Below are positions 10,188 to 19,383 of a stretch of 64,000 bases of DNA, in pieces. A model generated the notes under the pieces. The model searched no databases, was not told the DNA's origin, and saw nothing but the letters and a program-made list of their open reading frames with translations. The DNA comes from an uncultured delta proteobacterium (GTDB taxonomy: Bacteria; Myxococcota_A; Polyangia; Fen-1088), in contig CAVYGB010000002.1 in assembly GCA_963767925.1 (NCBI GenBank), forward strand, positions 800,001 through 864,000, given 5' to 3'. How positions within the stretch are numbered: the stretch's first letter is position 1; the number at the start of each line of letters is the position of its first letter. The position numbers and the translations under genes are program-made.

Positions 10188-11093
10188 ATGAGGCTGGCTG
10201 GACGCGCGCTCGCCTGCTTGCTCGGGATCGGGGCCCTGGCCTGCGCGCCCGACAGCGGCGTGACCCGCTGGGGGCTGCCCCGCGCTCCCATCACGCTCGA
10301 CCGGGAGGCGGGCCGCCCGCCGGAGCCGTCGGCGCCCGCGGCGAGCCCTGGGGGCACGGCCGGCACGCCGCCCGGCGCGATGATCGATCCGCTCTCCCCC
10401 GCCGCGGCGGCGCCGGCACCCGACGCGGCGGCGCCGGCACCCGATCCGGCGCCGCCGCCACCGGGCGACGACGCGGGCGCTCCACCGCTCGGCGGCGAGC
10501 CGACCGACGCCCCGCCCTCGCCGGGCGCGGAATCCGGGGACGCCGGCGCCGGTGGAGAGCCCGCCGACGCCCCGGTCGACGCCAGCGATCCCTGCCAGCC
10601 GGGCGGCTGCAAGCGGGTGTTCGTGAGCTCGAGCGCGATGCCCAACGGCGGCTTCGGCAGCGTCAGCACCGCCGACGCCCTCTGCCAGCGCCTGGCCACC
10701 GCCGCCGCCCTCGGCGGGATGTGGCGGGCCTGGGTTTCCGACGAGCGCCGCCCCGCCGCCAGCCGCTTGACGCCGTCGCCGCGCCCGTACCGCCTGCTCG
10801 ACGGCACCCAGGTGGCCGCGAGCTGGGCCGCCCTCACCAGCGGCACGATTGACAACCCCATCGACCGCCACGAAGACGGCGCGCCCGTCCCCGGCGGCGG
10901 CCACGAGATCTGGACCGGCACCACCGCCGCCGGCGGCGCCTCCGGCATCACGTGCGGCAACTGGACCAACAACTCCCCCGGCCTGCCCAATGGCCACGTC
11001 GGCCACACCAGCCGCCGCGACGTGGGCTGGACCCAGGCCCTCGCCCAGCGCTGCAACCAGACGGCAGCCCACCTCTACTGCTTCGAGCAGTAG
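10188..11093 (+). CDS. Lipoprotein with Pro/Ala linker and DUF1554-like (lectin/endostatin-like) domain
   Basis: Lipobox ALAC; KRVFVSS...ADALCQ..A...WRAWVS...IWTG...HLYCFEQ. Confidence 0.8.
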   Translation: MRLAGRALACLLGIGALACAPDSGVTRWGLPRAPITLDREAGRPPEPSAPAASPGGTAGTPPGAMIDPLSPAAAAPAPDAAAPAPDPAPPPPGDDAGAPPLGGEPTDAPPSPGAESGDAGAGGEPADAPVDASDPCQPGGCKRVFVSSSAMPNGGFGSVSTADALCQRLATAAALGGMWRAWVSDERRPAASRLTPSPRPYRLLDGTQVAASWAALTSGTIDNPIDRHEDGAPVPGGGHEIWTGTTAAGGASGITCGNWTNNSPGLPNGHVGHTSRRDVGWTQALAQRCNQTAAHLYCFEQ

Positions 11094-11227
11094 ATCCTTC
11101 CTGGTCGAGCACGATCACGCTCCTCATCCGCCGCTGCTCGGCTTCATCACCATCACTCCCTGAAGGCCCAGCGACGACCCGCCCGAACCCCGTCGAATTC
11201 CCGGCGCGGCCCTGGTAGAAGGCGGAC

Positions 11228-12448
11228 ATGGCGATCGACGTCGAGGTGGTGCGGGGAAAGTTCCGGGCGCTGGCCAGCCCGTCGGCCTTTCTGGATGGTC
11301 CCGCCGGGAGCCAGGTGCCCGAGTCGGTGATCGCGGCGATGGTCGCCTACCTGCGCGACACGAACGCGAACTCGGGCGGTGAGTTCGGGCGCTCGCGCGC
11401 GACCGACGCCCTGGTGGTGTCGGCCCGGCAGGCGGTCGCCGCCCTGCTGGGGGCGCCCGATCCGGCGGCCATCGCCTTCGGCCCCAGCATGACCGCCCTG
11501 ACCTTCGTGCTGTCGCGCGCGCTGGCCCGGACCTGGTCGGCCGGCGACGAGGTGGTCGTGACCCGCCTCGACCACGACGCCAACGTGTGGCCCTGGGTGC
11601 TGGCCGCGCGCGACGCGGGCGCCACCGTCCGCTACGTCCCCTTCCAGCCGGCCGACTGCCGGCTCGACCTCGACGCCCTGGCCACCGCCATCACCCCCCG
11701 CACCCGCCTCGTCGCGGTGGGCGCCGCCTCGAACGCCGTCGGCACCGTCAACCCGCTGCCCGCCATCGCCAGCCTGGCCCACCAGCAAGGCGCCCAGGTC
11801 TTCGTCGACGCCGTACACCTGGCGCCCCACCGGCGCCTGGACGTCTCGGCCTGGGACTGCGACTACCTGGCCTGCTCCGCCTACAAGTTCTTCGGCCCCC
11901 ACGTCGGCATCCTGTGGGGCCGCGCCGCCCTCCTCAACGCCCTCCCCGCCTACACCGTCCGCCCGGCAGACCACGGCGTCGGCGATCGCTACATGAACGG
12001 CACCGCCAGCTTCGAGGGCATCGCCGGCACCCTCGCCGCCGTCGACTACCTCTGCGACCTGGGCGGCGGCGCCGCCACCCCCGCCGACCGCCCCGCCGCC
12101 CTCGACCGGGCCTTCGCCGCCATCCGCACCCACGAGGACACCCTCTGCCGCCGCCTCCTCGCCGGCCTGGCCGAGCTCCCCGAGATCCGCGTCCACGGCA
12201 TCACCGACCCCACCCGCCTCGCCGACCGCGTCGCCACCCTCTCGATCACCCACGCCCGCGTCCCCGCCCCCGCGATCGCCCGGCACCTTGCCGCCCGCGA
12301 CATCCAGGTCTGGGCAGGGAACTTCTACGCCGTCGAAGTCACCAAGGCCCTCGCCCTCGGCGAAGACGGCCTCCTCCGCATCGGCCTGCTCCACTACAAC
12401 ACCCCCGCCGAAGTCGACCGCCTCCTGCAAACCCTCCGCGCCCTCTGA
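11228..12448 (+). CDS. Cysteine desulfurase-like PLP enzyme (aminotransferase class V)
   Basis: FLDGPAGSQVP, LDHDANV, VDAVH, CSAYKFFGPH and GNFYA motifs. Confidence 0.92.
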   Translation: MAIDVEVVRGKFRALASPSAFLDGPAGSQVPESVIAAMVAYLRDTNANSGGEFGRSRATDALVVSARQAVAALLGAPDPAAIAFGPSMTALTFVLSRALARTWSAGDEVVVTRLDHDANVWPWVLAARDAGATVRYVPFQPADCRLDLDALATAITPRTRLVAVGAASNAVGTVNPLPAIASLAHQQGAQVFVDAVHLAPHRRLDVSAWDCDYLACSAYKFFGPHVGILWGRAALLNALPAYTVRPADHGVGDRYMNGTASFEGIAGTLAAVDYLCDLGGGAATPADRPAALDRAFAAIRTHEDTLCRRLLAGLAELPEIRVHGITDPTRLADRVATLSITHARVPAPAIARHLAARDIQVWAGNFYAVEVTKALALGEDGLLRIGLLHYNTPAEVDRLLQTLRAL

Positions 12449-12564
12449 TCCGGACGGCTTCGCAGCGGCGAGAAACCGCAGAGGACGGCAGGTTTGCGGC
12501 GGTCAGCGGGCAGCGTTGGCGGTGCGGGGGTTGAAGCCGGCGCAGGAACGCGGAGGACGGCGGG

Positions 12565-13779
12565 TCACCGGCAGCGGTTGGTGGCGGGGATGTAAAAGCC
12601 GGTGGGGGAGGCTTCGTTGGCGGCCTGGATGTGGTCGTAGGCGCAGCGCCCGGTGGCGGCGCGGTACTGGCAGCGGAAGCGGACCACGCGGTCGCCGCAA
12701 GCGGCCACCCGGTCGGTGCAGCTATAGGTGAAAAAGAGGGTGAAGCCGGAGGGGTTGTTGCAGGCCCCGGGCGAGAAGATGTCGCACATGTTCCGGAAGG
12801 TCATCACCGAGTCGCAGGAACCCTGGCCGGGAAAGAAGTAGGTGGAGCCGTCGAACTCCGGCGTCTCGCGACCGTTGCAGTCCCAGTCGAAGCTGCCGTT
12901 GGCCGCCGGGCGATCACGCAGCTCGAGGACCGGGCTGCCGGCAGCGGGGCGGCACTCGGCGGCGCCGGGGCCGCTGCAAGCCACCTTCCCCGTGCTCGCG
13001 CAGGCGCCGACGCCGCCCTTGCAATCGGCCCCCAGGGGAACCGCGTTGTTCGCGCCGTCCCTCCAGGTGAACCCCTCGTCGACCTGGCCGTCGCAGCTAT
13101 CGTCCAGCCCGTTGCACGTCTCCATGGCGGGCGAGACGTTGGGGCGGCAAGCCAGCGATCCGCCAGCGCACACCCGGGTCCCCTCCGCACAGATCCCGGG
13201 CCGACCGCTGCCGCAAGCCGCGCCGCCACCCGGGTTGCCCTCGTCGGTGGCGCCATCGCAGTTGTTGTCCTTGCCGTCGCAGACCTCGGCCCCGGGCCCC
13301 GCCGCCCCCAGGCACCGCCCGCGCACACCCTCCCGACACTCCCGGACACCGAGCCGACAGCCCCCTCGCCCCGCCGTCCGGTCATCGAGGCCATCGATAG
13401 CCCGCCCCTCCGGCGTCTCCGCGCAAGGCGGAGGACTCGCCGAATCGCACGCCGGCGGCGGCGGTGGAGGTGGCGGCGGGGGTGGAAGTGGCGCGGAATC
13501 CGGGTCGATGGTCGCGTCCATCGGGCCAGCGTCGAGCGCAGCGGGGACGCCCGGCCCAGTCGGAGCGTCCGGATCGGCAACCGCGTCACCCGGCGACCCA
13601 TTCGCATCCAGCGAGGTGAGAGGCGGAGCCGAGGGGCCATCGGGAACTTCGACCGGGCCCCTGCCGGTCTCCCGCAGCCCGCTGTCCCGGGTCTCGTCCG
13701 GCGGAGCAGTCTCCGAGCGCGGACTCGCGCAGGCCCCCAGTGCGATCAGCAGCCCCGCCAAGACCCTGTGCTTTTCCAT
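12565..13779 (-). CDS. Cys-rich lipoprotein with repeated putative metal-binding motifs
   Basis: Lipobox LGAC; two EVCDGKDNNCDGATDE / ETCNGLDDSCDGQVDE repeats. Confidence 0.8.
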   Translation of the reverse strand: MEKHRVLAGLLIALGACASPRSETAPPDETRDSGLRETGRGPVEVPDGPSAPPLTSLDANGSPGDAVADPDAPTGPGVPAALDAGPMDATIDPDSAPLPPPPPPPPPPPACDSASPPPCAETPEGRAIDGLDDRTAGRGGCRLGVRECREGVRGRCLGAAGPGAEVCDGKDNNCDGATDEGNPGGGAACGSGRPGICAEGTRVCAGGSLACRPNVSPAMETCNGLDDSCDGQVDEGFTWRDGANNAVPLGADCKGGVGACASTGKVACSGPGAAECRPAAGSPVLELRDRPAANGSFDWDCNGRETPEFDGSTYFFPGQGSCDSVMTFRNMCDIFSPGACNNPSGFTLFFTYSCTDRVAACGDRVVRFRCQYRAATGRCAYDHIQAANEASPTGFYIPATNRCR

Positions 13780-13929
13780 CGTACAGCCCCTCGGCTCGGC
13801 ACGGCGCGAGCCCACCCGCAGGGTAACACGGCAGTTGCCACGTCGGCCCCCCCCTCACCCGTTCCCTGTACCTGTCCCCTCTCCCCACGCCCGCAGACGG
13901 CCGCAGGGAGAAGGCAAACATGCAGCGGA

Positions 13930-14600
13930 CTGCCTGCCTCTGCCCTGCCTCCTGCCCCTGCCCCCTGCCTCTCCCTCTGTCTGCCTCTGCCTCCGCCTCC
14001 GCCTCCGCCGCCTCCCTCTGCCTCCGCCGCCTCCCTCTGCCTCCGCCGCCTCCCTCTGCCTCCGCCGCCTCCCTCTGCCTCCGCCGCCTCCCTCCGCCTC
14101 CGCCGCCTCCCTCCGCCTCCGCCGCCTCCCTCCGCCTCCGCCGCCTCCCTCCGCCTCCGCCGCCTCCCTCCGCCTCCGCCGCCTCCCTCCGCCTCCGCCG
14201 CCTCCCTCCGCCTCCGCCGCCTCCCTCCGCCTCCGCCGCCTCCCTCCGCCTCCGCCGCCTCCCTCCGCCTCCGCCGCCTCCCTCCTGCCTCCGCCGCCTC
14301 CCTCCTGCCTCCGCCGCCTCCCTCCTGCCTCCGCCGCCTCCCTCCTGCCTCCGCCGCCTCCCTCCTGCCTCCGCCGCCTCCCTCCTGCCTCCGCCGCCTC
14401 CCTCCTGCCTCCGCCGCCTCCCTCCGCCTCCCTCCGCCTCCCTCCGCCTCCGCCGCCTCCCTCTGCCTCCGCCGCCTCCCTCTGCCTCCGCCGCCTCCCT
14501 CCTGTCTCCGCCGCCTCCCTCCTGCCTCCGCCACCTCCCCGCCTCCCTCCTGCCTCCGCCGCCTCCCTCCTGCCTCTGCCTCCGCCTCGCCTCTGCCTCT
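13930..14600. repeat. Nearly A-free pyrimidine-rich tandem repeat made of 19/20-bp units
   Basis: Blocks of CCTCCGCCGCCTCCCTCTG (~4), CCTCCGCCGCCTCCCTCCG (~10) and 20-bp CCTCCGCCGCCTCCCTCCTG (~7), with CTCTGC-type edges. Confidence 0.95.
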
Positions 14601-14810
14601 GAAAACGCGAAGCTGAGTAGCAGTTGGGGCGGTGGGCATGTGGGCAAACGCGTCTGCGCGTCTGCGCGTCCGCTCTGCGCGTTTGTCCAAGGGGTGTGGG
14701 CAGTCTGCTGTCCACACCCCGGCATGTCCACGGCCCACCCCGCACCCCAGCGCCCCCCCATCCTCCCGTCCGGCGCCCGCCTTCACCCGAAGGCTGCGCC
14801 CGACCATCTG
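14591..14810. repeat. Left arm of the long inverted repeat flanking the RAYT gene
   Basis: GCGAAGCTGAGTAGCAG..GGGCAAACGCGTCTGCGCG..TTTGTCCAAGGG..GGCATGTCCACGGCCCACCCC; reverse complement at 15836-16033. Confidence 0.9.
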
Positions 14811-14878
14811 CCCGTGAGGCTCTCCCCCCAATTCACCACCGCATCGACGGAGGAGGGCGGACCATGAAACGATCCTAC

Positions 14879-14907
14879 TTGAAACACCAACGCGAACGAT
14901 CTAGTAT
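14879..14907 (+). promoter_or_regulatory. Sigma70-type promoter of the RAYT gene
   Basis: TTGAAA (14879-14884), 17-bp spacer, TAGTAT (14902-14907), in an AT-rich patch. Confidence 0.65.
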
Positions 14908-14919
14908 TGCCTCATTCAA

Positions 14920-15597
14920 ATGAAGAGTCCCCAACGTCGTGCTCAACTCGCCTTGCCCCGGACGTCCGGGTGGGGTGGACGTCGGAAGGGGGCCGGCCGG
15001 CCTCCGATTCCCGGGCGGCGACGGCCGGCGCCGCATCGGGTGCGGGCGCCCCACAAGGGCGCCCACCCGTTGCACGTGACCTTGCGGGCCAGGTCGGGGT
15101 TGATCTCGCTGAGGAGCAAGCGAGTCTTCCAGGTGTTGCGGGATTGCTTTCGCGCCTCGAGCTCGGCGGCCTTCCGGGTTGTGCAGTTCTCGGTGCAGGC
15201 CGATCACGTGCACCTGCTGGTAGAGGCGGACGACAAGGCGACACTATCCTCCGGAGCCCGAGGGCTGGTGATCCGGAGCGCGCTGGCCATCAACCGGGCC
15301 TGCCAGCGCAGCGGACGAATCTGGGGGGACCGGTATCACGCGCGCGAGCTGACGACACCACGGGAGGTACGCACCGCACTCGTGTACGTACTCATGAACC
15401 ACAAGAAGCACGGCCTGCGCGACCGCGGGCACATCGACCCCTGCTCCTCGGCCCCCTGGTTCGACGGCTTCCGCGTCCACGTCGTGCCTCCGACCGACCC
15501 CCCGGTCACCTGCATGCCCCGCACCTGGCTCGCCGCCGTGGGCTGGCGACGCCGCGGCCTGATCGACCCCACCGAGTCCCCCAAGACCATTCAGTGA
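14920..15597 (+). mobile_element. REP-associated tyrosine transposase (RAYT; HUH/Y1, IS200-like superfamily)
   Basis: PLHVTLR, HUH motif DHVHLLVE, DRYHAR and catalytic Tyr in YVLMNHKKHG. Confidence 0.88.
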
Positions 15598-15756
15598 ACG
15601 CGCCCGGCCTCGCCGCTGGAGGCGGGCTCTACACGGGGGAAGCGGGCGGCCCTCGGGTGGGAACAGGCGCCGGCGGAGATGGTCGGCGTGGCGTGGGCGC
15701 GCGGCGGGCGCGGAGCGGGGGGGCGGCGCGAGATGGTCGGGGCAGTGTCGGCGCGC

Positions 15757-15880
15757 GGCGGGCGCCGGACGAGGGCTGTGCGAGATGGTGGTGGGCGCAG
15801 CGTCGACGGGCGGCGGGCGCCGGACGAGGGCTGTGCGAGATGGTGGTGGGCGCAGCGTCGACGGGCGGCGGGCGCCGGAC
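15757..15880. repeat. 55-bp tandem repeat (2 copies plus a partial copy; degenerate copies from ~15670)
   Basis: GGCGGGCGCCGGACGAGGGCTGTGCGAGATGGTGGTGGGCGCAGCGTCGACGGGC at 15757 and 15812. Confidence 0.9.
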
Positions 15881-16033
15881 GGGGAAAGGGGCGGCGCTCG
15901 GGTGGGGGTGGGCCGTGGACATGCCGGGCTATGGACAGCGGACTGCCCACAGCCCTTGGACAAACGCGCAGACGCGTTTGCCCACATACCCACAGCCCCA
16001 GCTGCTACTCAGCTTCGCTTTTCAGAGGCAGAG
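15836..16033. repeat. Right arm of the long inverted repeat flanking the RAYT gene
   Basis: Reverse complement of 14591-14810 with scattered substitutions and indels. Confidence 0.9.
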
Positions 16034-16170
16034 GCAGAGGCAGAGGCAGAGACAGAGGCAGAGGCAGAGGCAGAGGCAGAGGCAGAGGCAGAGGCAGAGG
16101 CAGAGGCAGAGGCAGAGGCAGAGGCAGAGGGCAGAGGCAGAGGCAGAGGCAGAGACAGAGGCAGAGGGCA
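16024..16170. repeat. (GAGGCA)n microsatellite, ~24 units
   Basis: Directly visible hexamer run. Confidence 0.97.
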
Positions 16171-16327
16171 GACAGTGGCAGTGGTGGGACGGGGCGGGGG
16201 CGGAAGGGAGGTGGGCGGGAGTCCGGGCGGCTGATCAGGGTGAGGTGGGGCCGACTTGGCGACCGCCCTCACCCGTTCCCTCGCCCCACGGCCGCAGACG
16301 GCCACGGGGCGAGGGCAAACGGGCAGC

Positions 16328-16790
16328 GGGGGGACTGACCGAAACGGCTTGCCGCTCGCGGCGGTCGGGACGAACGGCTTAATCACCCGGTCTGGTGGCG
16401 GGGGGACTGACCGAAACGGCTTGCCGCTCGCGGTGGCAGAGACGAACGGCTTCATCACCCGGTCTGGTGGCGGGGGGACTGACCGAAACGGCTTGCCGCT
16501 CGCGGCGGCAGAGACGAACGGCTTCATCACCCGGTCTGGTGGCGGGGGGACTGACCGAAACGGCTTGCCGCTCGTGGCGGCAGAGACGAACGGCTTCATC
16601 ACCCGGTCTGGTGGCGGGGGACTGACCGAAACGGCTTGCCGCTCGCGGTGGCAGAGACGAACGGCTTCATCACCCGGTCTGGTGGCGGGGGGACTGACCG
16701 AAACGGCTTGCCGCTCGTGGCGGCAGAGACGAACGGCTTCATCACCCGGTCTGGTGGCGGGGGGACTGGCCGAAACGGCTTGCGGCTCGA
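16328..16790. repeat. 72-bp tandem array, 6 full copies plus a partial copy
   Basis: GGGGGGACTGACCGAAACGGCTTGCCGCTCGCGGTGGCAGAGACGAACGGCTTCATCACCCGGTCTGGTGGC at ~16328, 16400, 16472, 16544, 16616, 16687 and 16759. Confidence 0.95.
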
Positions 16791-16797
16791 GAGGGGG

Positions 16798-17670
16798 TTA
16801 TTCGGGTGCGAGCATGGATTTGGTGTGGGCGATGACGGCTTGGTTGCCGGTGCGGAGGCCCCATTGGGCGCCGAGGGCGGGGAAGGAGGCCCAGCGTTCG
16901 GCGGCGTGGTGTGGGAGGCCGGGCCAGGTGCGGCCTCCGGCGCGTTCGAACAAGGCGATCAGGCGGGCCAGGGACTCGGGGCCGAAGCAGCCGTGGAACA
17001 TGGCCAGGTCGATCGACGGGTCGGTCACCTGGGCTTCGGTCCAGTCGAGGATGCCGGTGACGGCGCCCTCTCCGTCGAGCAGCATGTGGCCGGGGTGCAG
17101 GTCGCCGTGGACCAGGGCCAGGTGGGGCGGCCAGCCCTCCTCGCTGTCGAGCCAGCGGTGCCAGCGCGCCCACAGGGCGTCCGTTGGCTGCAGCACCTCC
17201 CGGGTCTCCTCCATGGCCTTGCGCAGGGTCGCCCGCGATTCGGCCAGGTCGCGCACCGGCACGCCGGCGTTGCGGACGGCGTCGACCGGTACCGCCTGCA
17301 GGGCGGCGAGAGACTCTGCCATCGAGGCCAGGAAGCGCTCGGGCGGGGCCTTCTCGTTCATGTTCCAGATCGGCCCCTCTGCCCCGATGGTGACCGCCGG
17401 GGTGCCCGCCAGCCGCGGGTAGGCGATCAGATCGAGGGCGTGCACCCGCCAGTCGGGGACCGCCACCGGCATGCGCGGCTGGAGCAATCGCAGCACGCGC
17501 GCCTCGACCCGGGCCGACTCCACCACCTCCGGCCGCCGCGGGGTCCGCAGCACCCAGGCCTGGCCCGCCTCGTCGCGGGCGTGGACGACCCGGAAGTCGA
17601 GGCCGGTGCCGTCCACCTCCGGCGCGGCCGCCCCCACCTCGAGCCCGTGGCGTCGGGCCAGGGCGAGCAG
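16798..17670 (-). CDS. mph: Macrolide 2'-phosphotransferase (Mph family) domain, probably the C-terminal part of an HflX fusion
   Basis: LLALARRHGL, GLDFRVVHA, WVLRTPRR, LVHGDLHPGH and GILDWTEA motifs. Confidence 0.85.
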   Translation of the reverse strand: MLALARRHGLEVGAAAPEVDGTGLDFRVVHARDEAGQAWVLRTPRRPEVVESARVEARVLRLLQPRMPVAVPDWRVHALDLIAYPRLAGTPAVTIGAEGPIWNMNEKAPPERFLASMAESLAALQAVPVDAVRNAGVPVRDLAESRATLRKAMEETREVLQPTDALWARWHRWLDSEEGWPPHLALVHGDLHPGHMLLDGEGAVTGILDWTEAQVTDPSIDLAMFHGCFGPESLARLIALFERAGGRTWPGLPHHAAERWASFPALGAQWGLRTGNQAVIAHTKSMLAPE

Positions 17671-19144
17671 AATCCGCCGCCGTCTCGGTGGGCGGCGCCG
17701 TGGCCAGCACCCGCCGCCAGCGCTGCAGGGTCTCGGGGAAGGCGCGCACCCGGAGCTGGGCGCCCGCTTCGTCGTAGGTCTCGTGCAGCACCCGGGCGCT
17801 GCTCCGCACCTCTCCCAGCAGCCGCCCCTGCGCCGGCGGCACGGTCAGCACGTCGTCGACCATGCGCGTGTCGAAGAAGGCGACGATGCGCGCGCGCAGC
17901 CGCCCGGCGTCCTCGGGGGCCAGCGCGCTGAGGAAGAAGCCCTCCGGCAGCTCGCGGGCCAGCGCCTCCCGCCCGGCGGCGTCGACCCGGTCCACTTTGT
18001 TGAACAGGACCAGGTACGGCACCGCCGCCGCCCCCACCGACCCCAGCGTCTCGCGCACCACCTGGAGCTGCTCGCGCCAGTGCTTGTCGGAGGCGTCGAC
18101 GACGTAGAGGAGCAGGTCGGCCTCCTGCGCCTCCTGCAAGGTCGAGTGGAAGGAGGCCACCACCTCGTGCGGCAGGCTCTGGATGAACCCGACCGTGTCC
18201 GAGACCAGGATGCGCGGGGCGGTGGTGGGGGCCAGCGCCCGCACCGTCGTCCCCAGGGTCACGAACAGCTCGTCCTGCACCTCGACCTCGCTGCCGGTGA
18301 GCGCCCGCAGCAGCGACGACTTGCCGGCGTTGGTGTAGCCGACGAGGGCCACCTGGGGCGCCTCGCCCCGCCGCTCGCGCTGGCTGGCCTCCAGCGTGCG
18401 TAGCCCCTCGAGCTCCCGGCTGAGGGCCGCCACCCGCCCCCGGATCTCCTGCTTGCGCAGCTCGACGTTGGTGTGGCCCCGCTCGCCGCGCCCGCCGCCG
18501 CCGCCCTCCCGGGCGGCCCGGTCCTCGTCCTCGCGCACGCGCGGCGCCTCGTAGCGCAGGCGCGCCAGCTCGACCTCGAGCCGGGCGGTCCGGGTGCGGG
18601 CCCGCGAAGAGAATACGCGCAGGATGATGTCGGTCCGGTCCGCCACCGGCGCGTCCAGGGTCTGCTGGAGCTGGTGGAGCTGGCCGGGCCGCAGCGGGCC
18701 ATCGATCACCACCAGCGGCGGCGGGTTGTCGGGCCCGCGCCGCAGGTCCTGCAGCTGGGTCGCCAGCTCTTCGAGCTGGCCGCTGCCGATCACGCCCGCG
18801 CCACGCGGGGGGCGCTTGACCACCCGCGTGTCGGCCACGCGCAGGCCCAGGCCCCGCACCAGCCGGGTCAGCTCGAGCAACGAGCCGTCGGATCCCCGCC
18901 ACCCCACCAGCACCGCGTCCGCCGGGCGGGCCGGGTCGAGCGCCTGCCTAGCGCGGGCGTCATCGGGAGACGGAGGCAAAGACGGAGAAGGAGGCAAAGA
19001 CGGAGAAGGAGGCAAAGACGGAGAAGGAGGCAAAGACGGAGAAGGAGGCAAAGACGGAGAAGGAGGCAAAGACGGAGAAGGAGGCAAAGACGAAGCGGAC
19101 GAGAAGGCACGGGCAGGATGGCCGGAAAGTGGACGGGTCGGCAT
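17671..19144 (-). CDS. hflX: GTPase HflX (resistance-type HflXr-like); no stop codon at the domain end
   Basis: IGSGQLEE, DRTDIILRVF, GYTNAGKS, DTVG and NKVD motifs; AAGGAG SD before ATG 19144. Confidence 0.88.
18968..19095. repeat. 18-bp in-frame tandem repeat (~7x) encoding SPSLPP in the HflX N-terminus
   Basis: GGAGGCAAAGACGGAGAA repeated. Confidence 0.95.
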
Positions 19145-19383
19145 GGAAAGAGCTCCTTCGCTCGCGCGGGCGCAAGCGGGCGGGAAAAAGGCACGAGATC
19201 CTCGGCGGCACGCGGCGAATGAAACAGCCGCGCGGCGGGGCAATAGCCGGGCGCGAAAGAACCAGATACCTCCGCGCTCAGCAGTCTGCGCGGCCCGTCA
19301 GTGAGAGCGGGCCGGCACGAGCGGGGTGTCAGAGCCCTTCACAGGTTGCGAAGGCGGGCTCGACACTGGCGGGGCGGCGCTGT

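Noticed and set aside
12631..14867. Long Pro/Ala/Arg- or Gly/Glu-rich ORFs across the microsatellite
   Set aside because: They are open only because the repeat lacks stop codons in all frames
16328..16790. Possible CRISPR or guide-RNA array
   Set aside because: Units are near-identical over their full length, with no unique spacers and no cas genes in the window
16742..19243. 833-aa ORF as a real full-length protein
   Set aside because: Sequence after ~17671 is out-of-frame read-through over the mph domain, and the start is better placed at 19144
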